Virus record (IMG/VR): IMGVR_UViG_3300028557_002174 | Location: 1-64,000 of that record | Direction: 5' to 3' (one strand) | Length of the DNA stretch: 64,000 bases | Source of the DNA: an uncultured virus (IMG/VR IMGVR_UViG_3300028557_002174) | Lineage: Duplodnaviria; Heunggongvirae; Uroviricota; Caudoviricetes | Shown: piece after piece, positions 10,103-20,911 of the stretch | How the letters are laid out: each line of letters starts with the position of its first letter | How positions within the stretch are numbered: the first letter of the stretch is position 1 | The notes under the pieces: model-generated | Databases searched by the model: none | Seen by the model: only the letters and a program-made list of their open reading frames with translations | Told to the model about the DNA's origin: nothing | Translations under genes and position numbers: made by a program

Positions 10103-10921
10103 ATGAAAAAAGTTATTGTTACAGGAACAAGAGGTTTCATCGGGAAATCATTAGCATTTCAACTTGAAAGAGATGGTTATTTAGTCACTCAATTTGATGA
10201 TTCATATTTTTTAAACTTAAATTGGGGTGAAAAATTATTACAAATACTTGAAAGTATGAATTATGATGCGGTATTCCATGTTGGAGCGTGTTCAGATACT
10301 TTAGAAACCAATGTTGATTATATGATGACTCGTAATTACGAATCAACTAAAATCATAATGGATTGGTGTGTTAAGAATAACAAACCAATGATTTACTCAT
10401 CATCTGCTGCGAATTATGGAACTAATAATTTATATCCATCAAACTTATATGGTTGGAGTAAATATGTTGGTGAGGGATATGTAATATCCAATGGAGGCAT
10501 TGCTCTTAGATATTTCAATGTCTATGGACCAGGAGAAGAAGACAAAGGTAAAATGGCGTCCGTTGCTTATCAGATGTTTATAAAGAATACTAAAGGTGAA
10601 AAAATAACACTGTTCCCGAAAAAACCACAAAGAGATTTTGTTTACATCAAAGATATTGTTTCAGCCAACATTCATGCGTTGGAAAACTATGAAGAATTGG
10701 GTAGTAAATACTATGAAGTAGGTAGTGGTACCGCAAGAACCTTTGAAGATGTCCTTAATAATATGGGTATTGAATATGGTTATACATCAGAAGATGTAAT
10801 TCCAAATGGATATCAATTCTATACGTGTAGTAATAAATCAAAATGGATGAATGGTTGGGAATCCAAGTGGGATTTAGAAATGGGAATAAAAGATTACAAA
10901 GAATATCTTGAGAAAAAATGA
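10103..10921 (+). CDS. hldD: ADP-L-glycero-D-manno-heptose 6-epimerase (HldD/RfaD-like extended SDR)
   Basis: TGTRGFIG, FHVGACSDT, YMMTRNY, YSSSAANYG, YGWSK (YxxxK), RYFNVYGPGEEDKGKMASVA. Confidence 0.85.
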   Translation: MKKVIVTGTRGFIGKSLAFQLERDGYLVTQFDDSYFLNLNWGEKLLQILESMNYDAVFHVGACSDTLETNVDYMMTRNYESTKIIMDWCVKNNKPMIYSSSAANYGTNNLYPSNLYGWSKYVGEGYVISNGGIALRYFNVYGPGEEDKGKMASVAYQMFIKNTKGEKITLFPKKPQRDFVYIKDIVSANIHALENYEELGSKYYEVGSGTARTFEDVLNNMGIEYGYTSEDVIPNGYQFYTCSNKSKWMNGWESKWDLEMGIKDYKEYLEKK

Positions 10922-11670
10922 GAATGTACGAAACAATGGCATTAAGCCGTTCAGGACACCACTCAATTAAAAATTGGATTATTAGAAATTTAGTTGGTTT
11001 CCAATTAGAGTGGAAATTCAAAATGATTAATGCTTCAGGAACTAATTTTTTTCATTTAGGTGAGGCAAACCACGATATACCATTAAGTTTTAAATTTTTA
11101 GATGAACATAAAGAATCTATTGGTTTAATTTTTGTCAATTATGAAGACGCTCCTTATGATTATACTATCTTTAATGAAGATAGAATTTATAAGGCACCAT
11201 TATCACTTGAAAAAAGAAACGAATATAATATAGACCATTTAGGTCGGGTTTGTTTTTTAAGAGATTTTTATAATAATTTATCATCACGTATTCGTTCAAA
11301 TGAGAGAACCATTTTTACAAAATGGGACACTCAAGAACCACATCTTTTTAAAGTTGATGAGATATTCATTGAACGTTGGAAGAGTCATGCAAGGGCTTGT
11401 GCAAACAACCAAGTATCTTTTTTAAAGTTTGAAGATTGGATTAGTAATAAAGAAGTTCGTGATAAATTTTTGTTTGAAACTTTTGGTGTCAAAGACCATT
11501 ATGGGTTAGACGGTATTAAAGGAAGTCAAAGTTCTTTTCAAACATGGGATAAAGTTGAAGAAAGATATCATGAATTAAACTTAAGTGATAAGATGAAAGA
11601 CTTGATTTCATCTGATGATGAATTACATCATTTAATTAGTGACTTAGGTTATAAAAAAATAAATTTGTAA
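10918..11670 (+). CDS. Putative sulfotransferase-fold (P-loop) protein
   Basis: N-terminal SRSGHHSIKNWI resembles a 5'-PSB loop; LRDFYNNLSS resembles a 3'-PB motif. Confidence 0.5.
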   Translation: MRMYETMALSRSGHHSIKNWIIRNLVGFQLEWKFKMINASGTNFFHLGEANHDIPLSFKFLDEHKESIGLIFVNYEDAPYDYTIFNEDRIYKAPLSLEKRNEYNIDHLGRVCFLRDFYNNLSSRIRSNERTIFTKWDTQEPHLFKVDEIFIERWKSHARACANNQVSFLKFEDWISNKEVRDKFLFETFGVKDHYGLDGIKGSQSSFQTWDKVEERYHELNLSDKMKDLISSDDELHHLISDLGYKKINL

Positions 11671-11671
11671 A

Positions 11672-12061
11672 ATGGAAAAACCAAAGGTAATTAACGCAAT
11701 TGAATGTGAAGGGTGTAATGTTCCCAAAGGATGGGGACATGAAGTGATATTCGTGAATAACGAATTATATTGTGGTAAACTATTAGTGTTCAAAAAAGGT
11801 GCGAAATTTTCAATGCACTACCACCTAATAAAAGATGAGACTTGGTATGTTGATGAAGGTGAATTTATCTATAGATGGATAGACACCAAAACCGCTGAAG
11901 TCATTGAGCAACATTTAAAAGTTGGTGATACTGTAAGACAATTACCAGGTCAACCACACCAGTTGGAGGCTTTGACCGATGGAACCGTATTTGAAGTGTC
12001 AACACAACATTTTGATTCTGATTCTTATCGCGTATGGAAGGGAGACAGTCAACCGAAATAA
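11672..12061 (+). CDS. Cupin-fold sugar isomerase/epimerase-like protein
   Basis: KGWGHE, SMHYHLIKDETWYV, PGQPHQL, EVST metal-binding cupin motifs. Confidence 0.8.
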   Translation: MEKPKVINAIECEGCNVPKGWGHEVIFVNNELYCGKLLVFKKGAKFSMHYHLIKDETWYVDEGEFIYRWIDTKTAEVIEQHLKVGDTVRQLPGQPHQLEALTDGTVFEVSTQHFDSDSYRVWKGDSQPK

Positions 12062-12441
12062 AGGTTTGGGTTAATGGTTCTTTTGATGTTCTTCACAGAG
12101 GGCACATTGAACTCATTCAATTTGCGTCAAAGTTTGGTACTTTAAGAGTAGGGATTGACACTGATGAAAGAATAAAAGAATTTAAGGGACATAATAGACC
12201 CTTCAATTCTTTTGAGGACAGAGAATATTTTATGTCTAAGATTAAAGGTGTTAATAGTGTGGTTGGATTTGGAACAAGGGAAGAACTTGAAAGACAAATT
12301 AAAGAATGGAATCCTGATATCTTAGTTGTTGGTAGTGAATACGAAACTAAAGAAGTTATTGGTGGTCAGTTCGCAAAACAAGTTATCTTTTTTCCAAAAG
12401 TAGGAGAGTTCTCTACAACAAAAATATTGAGAGATAGATGA
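12034..12441 (+). CDS. hldC: Heptose-1-phosphate nucleotidyltransferase (HldE C-terminal domain, HldC/RfaE2-like)
   Basis: NGSFDVLHRGH (HxGH), VGIDTD, KGHNRP, PDILVVGSEY, C-terminal STT; located between hldD and the heptose kinase. Confidence 0.75.
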   Translation: MEGRQSTEIKVWVNGSFDVLHRGHIELIQFASKFGTLRVGIDTDERIKEFKGHNRPFNSFEDREYFMSKIKGVNSVVGFGTREELERQIKEWNPDILVVGSEYETKEVIGGQFAKQVIFFPKVGEFSTTKILRDR

Positions 12442-13070
12442 AAATTAATGAGATACCAGTAATATTACATTCAATGGATTCATATTCCAAATTTTGGAAT
12501 CCATGGTATCACTTATTTAATTTACATTGTAAAAATCACGGACCAATTATCTTTTTATCTGAAGAAAAAGAACCTGATTTTGTGAATGATGTTACTCACA
12601 TTAAAACTGGTAAAGGTGAGTGGGGTGAAAGACTATTAATTGCTTTAGAACAAATTGAATCTGAACTTGTATTTTATATGCAAGAGGATTTTTGGTGTAT
12701 TAAAGATTTTGAATTAAAGGATAATATTCTTGAAATGTTTGAAGAATATAAAATGGACCAATTACATATTAAGGAAAATATTAATCTAATAAAAACCATT
12801 AAAATTAAAGATAATTTATTAAAGTTTGCTCAAGATTCTGAATATACTCAGAACCATCAATTTGGTCTTTGGAGAAAAAGTAAATTAAAAGATAATGTTT
12901 TACCTAACGAGAATCCTTGGGAAAATGAAATAAATGGTAGTATTCGTTTGAATAAAAATCCACATAATATTTATCTATTAGATTATCACTGGTATATTAG
13001 TGTTTGTCGTAGAGGTGAAATAATGCCTCGGGGACAAAAAATTATTGAAAAATATGGTATCAACTTCTAA
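12438..13070 (+). CDS. Putative GT-A-fold glycosyltransferase
   Basis: WGERLLIAL, VFYMQEDFW, LWRK, PWENE pattern typical of GT-like ORFs in polysaccharide loci. Confidence 0.55.
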   Translation: MKINEIPVILHSMDSYSKFWNPWYHLFNLHCKNHGPIIFLSEEKEPDFVNDVTHIKTGKGEWGERLLIALEQIESELVFYMQEDFWCIKDFELKDNILEMFEEYKMDQLHIKENINLIKTIKIKDNLLKFAQDSEYTQNHQFGLWRKSKLKDNVLPNENPWENEINGSIRLNKNPHNIYLLDYHWYISVCRRGEIMPRGQKIIEKYGINF

Positions 13071-13833
13071 CCTGAATTACATTACACCAAACAAAACTAT
13101 TGAGGAAACAATTGGGATTATTAAAGATAAAATCTTAAATAAAACACCGTTTGCATTAACAAGATTTGGTGATGGTGAAATTTATATTTTAAACCGTTCA
13201 GGTGGTGGTGGTTTTGAGGAAAAAAATTGCAAACTTTGGGGATATAAATACCCTCAAGAAGTTAATCAATTTTATGGTGATGCTGGTGATATAATAAAAA
13301 ACGCTTTTGTTAAATCCGACATAATTGGGTTGATGGACCCGAAGACAAAAATTGTTAATATTGCGTACAATTACAATACTTGGTCTATTGAAAAGTTTAA
13401 AGCTGAGTTGTGGGGAACTAATTTAAAAAACATACAAGTATGTGACCACATGATTGCACGTAGTCCACAACTTGGGAATGTTAATCAATTAAAAGACATA
13501 CTTGATGGTGTATCTGTAAACATTGTCTCACCTAATACCGAATTATTATCAACAAAAAAACTTGAAGAAAAGTTACAAACAACTGTAAACTTTACAACAC
13601 ACTCTAAAGAGATTAACTTTAGAAATAGAGATGAGTTTTTAAAATCTTTTGAGAATATTAAAGAAGATGTTGTGTTGTTAGGTGTTGGTTTACAAAAAGA
13701 TTATGGGGTAATTCTCAGAGATGAGTTTGGTAAGATAGCTCTTGACATGGGAGCAACTATGGATGCTTGGGCTGGCATAATAAGTAGACCTTGGTTTAAT
13801 AAAGGTCAATCTCAAGAATATTTGTTAATGTAA
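13054..13833 (+). CDS. GT-D fold (DUF1792-like) glycosyltransferase
   Basis: ALTRFGDGE signature and C-terminal ALDMGATMD. Confidence 0.75.
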   Translation: MVSTSNLNYITPNKTIEETIGIIKDKILNKTPFALTRFGDGEIYILNRSGGGGFEEKNCKLWGYKYPQEVNQFYGDAGDIIKNAFVKSDIIGLMDPKTKIVNIAYNYNTWSIEKFKAELWGTNLKNIQVCDHMIARSPQLGNVNQLKDILDGVSVNIVSPNTELLSTKKLEEKLQTTVNFTTHSKEINFRNRDEFLKSFENIKEDVVLLGVGLQKDYGVILRDEFGKIALDMGATMDAWAGIISRPWFNKGQSQEYLLM

Positions 13834-14609
13834 TGGCAAAAATTTTAGTTATAGGTGAACTTTGTGTTGACCGATTTGTGTATTGTGAAATAAAAAGATT
13901 GTGTCCTGAGGCACCTGTTCCGGTATTGAACCCGATTCAAACAACCACCAACAATGGTATGGCGGGTAATGTTGTTGAAAACTTAAAAACTCTATTACCT
14001 GAGGGTGATATTGTTCATTGGTATCAACACAATAAAATTGAAAAAACAAGATATGTTGAGAAAAAAAGTAATCAAATGATTACACGTGTTGATGAGGGTG
14101 AATTACAACCATGTGAAAGTTTGAATTTTCTTTCACCTGAACAGAAAAAAACTATCATGGAATCCGATGTTGTTATAATAAGTGATTATAATAAGGGATA
14201 TGTTAGTGAACAAATGATTCGTGATATAAGTAAAATTGCTAGTTTATCTATTTTAGATACTAAGAAGAAATTGAGTTGGGATATTATTGAAAATATTTCT
14301 TTTGTCAAACAAAATGAAATAGAATATAATAACAATAAAAATTTGGTTGACGAACATCCCGATAAATTTATAATAACTTTGGGTTCTAAAGGAGCGATGT
14401 ATATGGGTAGTATTTATAGGTCACCAAAACCACAAGATACTATAGATGTTAGTGGCGCTGGTGATACTTTTGTTGCATCATTTGTATCCTACTATATCAA
14501 AACAAATGACTTAATTCAATCAATATCTTTTGCAAACGAGGTTTGTTCAGATGTGGTAAGTAAAAAAGGAGTATCCTTACCCGATGAGAAATTTAAGATT
14601 TCTTTTTGA
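13833..14609 (+). CDS. hldA: D-glycero-D-manno-heptose-7-phosphate kinase (HldE N-terminal domain, HldA/RfaE1-like, PfkB family)
   Basis: RLCPEAPVPV, GMAGNV, KTR, ISDYNKG, DVSGAGDTF. Confidence 0.88.
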   Translation: MAKILVIGELCVDRFVYCEIKRLCPEAPVPVLNPIQTTTNNGMAGNVVENLKTLLPEGDIVHWYQHNKIEKTRYVEKKSNQMITRVDEGELQPCESLNFLSPEQKKTIMESDVVIISDYNKGYVSEQMIRDISKIASLSILDTKKKLSWDIIENISFVKQNEIEYNNNKNLVDEHPDKFIITLGSKGAMYMGSIYRSPKPQDTIDVSGAGDTFVASFVSYYIKTNDLIQSISFANEVCSDVVSKKGVSLPDEKFKISF

Positions 14610-14778
14610 TTGTTTTTTCAGGAGATTTTGTTTCTAACATCTCCATTAACTTTAGTGATTTTTTATAATTCTCCTCAAGTTTGTCCAACTCTTTTAATGG
14701 AACATTATTTTCACATGCTGAGAGATATCTATCCTCAGCCTCCTCAATTACTTTCTTGATTGTTTTTAAAAGTCTCAC
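14593..14778 (-). CDS. Small hypothetical protein
   Basis: Charged helical ORF. Likely GTG start at 14778, just downstream of a minus-strand TATTTAT motif. Confidence 0.5.
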   Translation of the reverse strand: MRLLKTIKKVIEEAEDRYLSACENNVPLKELDKLEENYKKSLKLMEMLETKSPEKTIKKKS

Positions 14779-14856
14779 AATTATAAATATATTGAAGAAT
14801 TCCTTTATTAATCTCATAATAACTATATCTTTTTTTGATGAAAAATATCATTTGGG

Positions 14857-14863
14857 TATTTAT
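14857..14863 (+). promoter_or_regulatory. TATTTAT motif (candidate phage late promoter element)
   Basis: Recurs shortly upstream of many structural-type genes in the window. Confidence 0.55.
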
Positions 14864-14881
14864 TAGGTAGAGATTTCTTAG

Positions 14882-17800
14882 ATGGCAACCGCATATATTC
14901 AATTACAGTGTTGTAAAAACCCTTTTAATATTGTTACTCTTAACAGTGTATCAAGTCCGTTATATCCATCGGGAATTATTTCTGTTGGTGATGTTTTCAG
15001 GGCTGTAGGCGGCGGTGGTGTTTGTTTTGAGATTGTATACGGACCATCTTTAGTTAATCCTGGTTCTGGAAATAGTACTTTTGTTGGAACAGTAACATCA
15101 TTACAGTTAGTCGCAACTGATTGTACTGACCCTGCGTGTGGTCTTGGTGCATGTTCATTGGCGGTTACTTTAATTCCTTCACCAACACCAACACCAACTC
15201 AAACAAAAACACCTACTGTAACACCAACAAGAACACCAACAAGAACACCAACAACAACACCTTCAGTTACACCCACTCAAACAAAAACGCCAACTGTAAC
15301 ACCAACGGTTACAAAAACTCCTACACAAACTCCAACACCAACAATATCTCCTGGACAAACTCTAACTGATGTTTTAGTAGAAGACTGTTGTACTGGTACT
15401 GTACAATTAACCATTACGGTACCAAATGCGAGTTCAAGTGTTGGACTTGTATATGATGTTGATGGATGTTGTTTTGAAATTATTTCAGGAACACCAGGGG
15501 CTTCTATTGGTGTTTACAAGACTTTTCATAATTCTTGTGTTGAGTGTGAAGGAGTTAATCCTTGTTTTGATTGGACAGCAACGTTAATAGATTGTTGTGA
15601 TGGTACAAATACATCATCAATTGATGCTGCGGGATGTACGGTACCAATAAATGGTAATGTTATTTCTTATTTAGGCACTTGTTGGGAAGTTCAGAGTGTT
15701 ACTTTAGGTGGTACAGGTTCTGTTTTAATACAATCTACCGAAATTTTCTCAAATTGTTCTGAGTGTGTTATTTGTCCATCTCCAACACCAACATTAACAC
15801 CAACACCGACTGAAACACCAACAAATACTCCAACCATCACACCTACCAATACACCAACAAATAGTTTAACACCAACAAATACTCCTACAAATTCACCAAC
15901 CAATACTCCTACAAATTCACCAACACTTACACCAACAAATACTCCAACCATCACACCTACCAATACACCAACAAATAGTTTAACACCAACAAATACTCCT
16001 ACAAATTCACCAACCAATACTCCTACAAATTCACCAACACTTACACCAACAAATACTCCTACAAATACACCAACCAATACTCCTACAAATACACCTTCAC
16101 TTACGCCAACAAGTTCTTTAACACCGTCAGTTACTGTGACACCAACAGAATCCGTAACTCCAACGGTGACTCCTACAAATAGTACTACACCAACCAACAC
16201 TGTTACCCCAACAATTACACCAACTAATACCATAACTCCAACGTCTTCTGTTACACCAACAGGTACACCACCATTAACGCCATCAACAACACCAACCAAT
16301 ACACCGTCAGTAACTCCGACAGAATCTTTAACACCAACAGTTACTCCAACTAATACAATTACTCCAACTAATACAATAACTCCAACTAATACAATAACTC
16401 CAACGTCTTCTGTTACACCAACAGTCACACCATCGGTTACTCCAACAGACACACCAACTTCTACACCTACTAATACACCATCAATTACGGCATCGGTAAC
16501 TCCATCGGATACACCGACATCAACGCCAACAATTACACCAACTCCAACAGAGTCTGTAACACCAACACATACTCCCACAAATACGCCAACAACGACTCCA
16601 ACGGTAACTCCTACAAACACGCCTTCTATTACACCAAGTATATCAGTAACTCCAACGGTAACTCCTACGGTTACTCCATCGGAACCTTATGACATTTATT
16701 TATTTCAAGATTGTTGTAACCCAAGTAACGTATTTAGATTCCAAAATGTTTCGGGTATTTTAAATGAGGGTGATACCTATGGTATTACAGGACCTTCATT
16801 TACAGGGTGTGCGACAGTAATACCATATGTTGCAAGTGGTCCAATTTATAATGCTGTTGGACATACACTTACGTTTTATTTAACTTGTAATGATTGTTTT
16901 ACGTTACAACCATACGTATGTCCCTCTTTGACACCAACCCCAACTATAACCCCAACCAACACTCCAACAACAACGCCAACTTCAAGTGTTACACCGACAC
17001 TAACACCTACATCATCAGTTACACCTTCTGTGTCGGTAACTCCTTCGGTTTCTGTTACGCCATCAGTATCTGTTACACCAACAGTTACAAAAACACCAAC
17101 AGTTACTCCAACAACAACTCCAACCGTTACACCATCAGTATCTATAACACCAAGTGTTTCGGTTACACCAACTATCACACCTTCAGTAACAGATACCCCA
17201 ACAATTCTTTGTAATTGTTTGGAATATGATATAACAAACACTAGTGACACTACCTTTGCTGAAGTTAGTTACATTGATTGTTATGGAAATGAATTGACCG
17301 TTGAATTGGCACCTTTAGAGGTAACAACATATTGTGTTTGTGAAGATACTATAATTGCACCTTCTGAGGTAATTGTGGTTCAAACAGGTATTTGTGTAAT
17401 TAATCCAACACCAAGTCCAACAAGAACCCCAAATGCTACTCCAACACCAACACCATCGGTGGGTGTGTGTGCAACTACAGAATTTTGCTTGAGAACCAGT
17501 CTACCTGATTTGGTAGATTACTCAGGTAACTATGAAATTGGGGGAACATATAACTCAAGATATTATTATACAGGAGATAGTGTTACAACAGGTTACATTT
17601 ACTACACAGGTTCGTTTTGGTGTTTAAGTGATACTTTGGGTGGTAGTTGTTTATTAGAGGGAGCACACCCATGTTATAATCCTTGTCCTGACATTTCAGC
17701 CAACTACTTTACAACAGGAATTTGTCCAACACCAACGCCTTCGCCGATAAATTGTAACACTTTAGATTTTGTTGCGTATTTTGATTGTGACTATGTTCCA

Positions 17801-18985
17801 TATCCATCACCAACACCATCAATAACTTGTGACGTAGTTAATTTTGAATTTACTAAGTTTGCGGTTACGCCAACACCGACACCATCAACACCTACATGTA
17901 ATACGGGTATTGATTTTGATTTTGAAAGATTCTTACCTGAAACTCCATCACCAACCCCAACATTATCTTTAAGTCCAACAAGAACTGTGGATGTTGCTGG
18001 GGCTGTGACATACAGATTTGTGGATGATGCATTTACTTGTGTAACCACAAAAGTATTGAAGGATTGTCAAAGTGACCTTGAGTTCTATACAAATGATTCA
18101 CTTGTGTTTAGTGGAACACCTTTAGTTGCTGGTACAACATTCTTAGGAGTACTTAACGGGGATATCTTCTGTTTAACTTATGTTAGAAATGATGAGAATT
18201 TATCTTCTAACTCAACCGTTAGTGAAGTTAAAGCCATGTATGGTAATTGTGTGGATTGTGAAGTTGCGTTTACACCAACACCAACATTAACACCAACAAT
18301 GACACCAACACCTTCAATTACACCGACATTAACACCAACACCATCATCAACTAACGTGGCATGGATATATGTATTCCAATCTTGTTCTCAGAATAGTTTT
18401 GGATATTCTCAGACAACAGTTCTTCAAACTTCATTTGTTGAATTTGCATTAACACCAACTAAATCATTCAAAGACTCAGAAGGTAATTGTTGGGTATATG
18501 TTGGACAATACCAAAGTTACTACCCTGTGGGTAATACCAACATCATAAACTACAGTGGTGATTATTTCGCGGGACTACAAACAGTTGTTTACCAAGATTG
18601 TGAAACTTGTGTTGGTTCAACAGGTACTAATAGTCAAATCGCTTGTATTTCTTGGGATGATGCGAATTATAATAATAACTTACCTGACCAGTGTGGAGGA
18701 TATACAAGAACAGAAAATAAAATAACGGTTACATTATTAAATAACGGAATTCCTGTAGCTGCAACACAAACCGTACAAGTGGTATTTGAAATGGAAACTT
18801 TTGACTGTTTAGGTAACAGTACTACTGAACTTACAGTAACAATCCAACAAGGTCAAACAACAGGTTCTAAAGTATACAACTCGTCAACTTGTGATATTTG
18901 TCCTTACACTTCATTACCTGATACGGTATCAACAAGTCCTTTGATGGTTAAAAGTATTACACCATCAACAATAACCGAATGTTAA
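14882..18985 (+). CDS. Large mucin-like Thr/Pro/Ser-rich, Cys-rich putative virion protein
   Basis: 1367 aa. Long (T/S)P(T/S) tracts separate repeated Cys-rich modules (DCC...C..C). Confidence 0.75.
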   Translation: MATAYIQLQCCKNPFNIVTLNSVSSPLYPSGIISVGDVFRAVGGGGVCFEIVYGPSLVNPGSGNSTFVGTVTSLQLVATDCTDPACGLGACSLAVTLIPSPTPTPTQTKTPTVTPTRTPTRTPTTTPSVTPTQTKTPTVTPTVTKTPTQTPTPTISPGQTLTDVLVEDCCTGTVQLTITVPNASSSVGLVYDVDGCCFEIISGTPGASIGVYKTFHNSCVECEGVNPCFDWTATLIDCCDGTNTSSIDAAGCTVPINGNVISYLGTCWEVQSVTLGGTGSVLIQSTEIFSNCSECVICPSPTPTLTPTPTETPTNTPTITPTNTPTNSLTPTNTPTNSPTNTPTNSPTLTPTNTPTITPTNTPTNSLTPTNTPTNSPTNTPTNSPTLTPTNTPTNTPTNTPTNTPSLTPTSSLTPSVTVTPTESVTPTVTPTNSTTPTNTVTPTITPTNTITPTSSVTPTGTPPLTPSTTPTNTPSVTPTESLTPTVTPTNTITPTNTITPTNTITPTSSVTPTVTPSVTPTDTPTSTPTNTPSITASVTPSDTPTSTPTITPTPTESVTPTHTPTNTPTTTPTVTPTNTPSITPSISVTPTVTPTVTPSEPYDIYLFQDCCNPSNVFRFQNVSGILNEGDTYGITGPSFTGCATVIPYVASGPIYNAVGHTLTFYLTCNDCFTLQPYVCPSLTPTPTITPTNTPTTTPTSSVTPTLTPTSSVTPSVSVTPSVSVTPSVSVTPTVTKTPTVTPTTTPTVTPSVSITPSVSVTPTITPSVTDTPTILCNCLEYDITNTSDTTFAEVSYIDCYGNELTVELAPLEVTTYCVCEDTIIAPSEVIVVQTGICVINPTPSPTRTPNATPTPTPSVGVCATTEFCLRTSLPDLVDYSGNYEIGGTYNSRYYYTGDSVTTGYIYYTGSFWCLSDTLGGSCLLEGAHPCYNPCPDISANYFTTGICPTPTPSPINCNTLDFVAYFDCDYVPYPSPTPSITCDVVNFEFTKFAVTPTPTPSTPTCNTGIDFDFERFLPETPSPTPTLSLSPTRTVDVAGAVTYRFVDDAFTCVTTKVLKDCQSDLEFYTNDSLVFSGTPLVAGTTFLGVLNGDIFCLTYVRNDENLSSNSTVSEVKAMYGNCVDCEVAFTPTPTLTPTMTPTPSITPTLTPTPSSTNVAWIYVFQSCSQNSFGYSQTTVLQTSFVEFALTPTKSFKDSEGNCWVYVGQYQSYYPVGNTNIINYSGDYFAGLQTVVYQDCETCVGSTGTNSQIACISWDDANYNNNLPDQCGGYTRTENKITVTLLNNGIPVAATQTVQVVFEMETFDCLGNSTTELTVTIQQGQTTGSKVYNSSTCDICPYTSLPDTVSTSPLMVKSITPSTITEC
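15815..16042 (+). repeat. Exact 114-bp tandem duplication (38 aa) within the Thr/Pro tract
   Basis: Unit [38 protein letters not shown] starts at 15815 and 15929; a partial third copy starts at 16043. Confidence 0.85.
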
Positions 18986-18986
18986 A

Positions 18987-20246
18987 ATGGCAATAAAAGT
19001 TACAATCAATTCTCTTACAGGAACGTCACCATATGATGTTTATATCTGTCAAAGTGGTGGTACCTCATGCTTTTACATATCAACTATTGTGACTGGCGAT
19101 TTACCATACATATTTGATATACCATCACCGTACAACAATGGTGATAGTTACATGGTTAAAGTTGTGGATGATGAAAATTGTGTGATAACAGGTATCACAT
19201 CAATTGCATATACCGTAACTCCAACACCAACGCCGACTGTTACACCGTCAATAAGTTTAACTCCATCACTCACACCAACAAACACTGTAACACCAACTAG
19301 TACTACAACACAAACACCGACACCAACTGTAACCAAAACTTCAACTCCAACCGTTACACCTACTAAAACTTCAACCCCCACGAACTCGTTAACACCTACA
19401 GTAACGCCAACAAACTCACTTACTCCAACAACAAGTAAGACACCAACTCCTACAGTTACTCCAACATACACACCAACTAACACACCTTCACAAACAGCGA
19501 CTCAAACCCCAACCCCAACTGAAACTCCAACTCAAACACCAACATCAACTCAAACACCAACTCCAACAATAACGACAACTTCAACAGTTACAGTAACACC
19601 AACAGTAACTCCGACAAATTCTTTAACACCAACTCAAACAATTACACCGAGTATAACAGTAAGTCCATCAGTTACTCCAACAAACACTATTACTCCGACT
19701 AGTTCCTTGATTGTTAGTCCTACACCAACATCTTCGGTAACACCTTCAATAACTCCTGAGGCGACTCAATCGCCCACACCAACACCGTCAGTAACACCTG
19801 GTCTTAGTCCGAGTACTACACCAACACCAACGGTAACTCCATCAGGAGGACCATTACTTGGTTTTGCGTATGATTTGAATACGAATTTTAACACTCCACC
19901 TACCGGTGAAACAGTGTTCTTAAACTACATAACATCAACAGGTATTACAACACCAAATCAATTCGGAATTTCTGATAGAGCGGTTTATTGGAGTTATGTT
20001 GACATTAGTGGTACAAGCAGATACAGTTATTATTCCAACTTGTTAACAACAAGTTCTTATTCAATATCATTCTCTCAAAGTGGTGCTACGGCAACTTATA
20101 GTGGTAATACAAATAGTTTCGCGGTTGATGGTTCTAACTTCTTCCATGATGAAACAGCACCACTTCAAGCGGGACAACTTGTATTGATTTCGGGTTCACC
20201 AATAAATTTTGTTGTTAATCAACCGGTATACATAAAATACCAATAA
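18987..20246 (+). CDS. Thr/Pro-rich mucin-like putative virion protein
   Basis: ~70-aa beta-rich N-domain, ~210-aa TPT tract, C-terminal beta domain. Confidence 0.7.
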   Translation: MAIKVTINSLTGTSPYDVYICQSGGTSCFYISTIVTGDLPYIFDIPSPYNNGDSYMVKVVDDENCVITGITSIAYTVTPTPTPTVTPSISLTPSLTPTNTVTPTSTTTQTPTPTVTKTSTPTVTPTKTSTPTNSLTPTVTPTNSLTPTTSKTPTPTVTPTYTPTNTPSQTATQTPTPTETPTQTPTSTQTPTPTITTTSTVTVTPTVTPTNSLTPTQTITPSITVSPSVTPTNTITPTSSLIVSPTPTSSVTPSITPEATQSPTPTPSVTPGLSPSTTPTPTVTPSGGPLLGFAYDLNTNFNTPPTGETVFLNYITSTGITTPNQFGISDRAVYWSYVDISGTSRYSYYSNLLTTSSYSISFSQSGATATYSGNTNSFAVDGSNFFHDETAPLQAGQLVLISGSPINFVVNQPVYIKYQ

Positions 20247-20263
20247 AATATTATTTATAACTG

Positions 20264-20911
20264 ATGCCAGTTAATATAGAAATAACTACAATTACAGCTA
20301 ACACACCTTTTGATGTGTATGTTTGTGATGCTTTAAGTGGTAGTTGTACCTATGTCTCAACTGTTGCAAATGCACCATATGTGTTTGAAGTTGATGACAC
20401 ATATGCTACAGAAAATTTTATAATTAAAGTTGTGGACGTTGCTGGTTGTATAGTTTATCATACAGTTGCCATAACACCAACTCCAACGCCCACACAAACG
20501 CCAACACCAACTAAGACGGCAACTCCAACACCAACTAAAACGGTGACACCAACTGTTACACCAACTGTATCAACCAGTGTAGTTGCATCACCGACTCCAA
20601 CGCCAACTAAAACACCTACTCCAACTCCAACTCCATTAGTTTATGGACACACCATAGGTGCTAATTTATATGTTGGTTCTTCAGGTGTTTGTGATGATTC
20701 ACTTTTGGTGACTCAATACTATACTTATTATGTTGATACACCAACAATACCTGTATTGGGTGCGGAGGTTTATTCAACAAATCTTGGGGGTGTTTTATAC
20801 AATCCGGTAAATCAAATTAATAGGTGGAGAAAAATGACATTTGGTGCTAATACATACGCGGTACAAATAGATTCAACAGGAATCATAATTGACTTTATTA
20901 TTTGTCCCTGA
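20264..20911 (+). CDS. Thr/Pro-rich putative virion protein, N-domain paralogous to 18987..20246
   Basis: PFDVYVC...C.YVST...PYVF...KVVD..C is shared with the previous gene; TATTTAT at 20252. Confidence 0.7.
   Translation: MPVNIEITTITANTPFDVYVCDALSGSCTYVSTVANAPYVFEVDDTYATENFIIKVVDVAGCIVYHTVAITPTPTPTQTPTPTKTATPTPTKTVTPTVTPTVSTSVVASPTPTPTKTPTPTPTPLVYGHTIGANLYVGSSGVCDDSLLVTQYYTYYVDTPTIPVLGAEVYSTNLGGVLYNPVNQINRWRKMTFGANTYAVQIDSTGIIIDFIICP

Noticed and set aside
512..14609. Bacterial LPS or capsule locus, i.e. a cellular origin for the window
   Set aside because: No flippase, polymerase, export or lipid A/core genes are present, and the flanks are phage-like (S74 fibres, gp46/47-like pair, primase, homing endonucleases).
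15136..19483. Antisense Val/Gly-rich and shifted Asn/Thr-rich ORFs over the Thr/Pro genes
   Set aside because: They are the mirror of acacca codon repeats and not credible genes.
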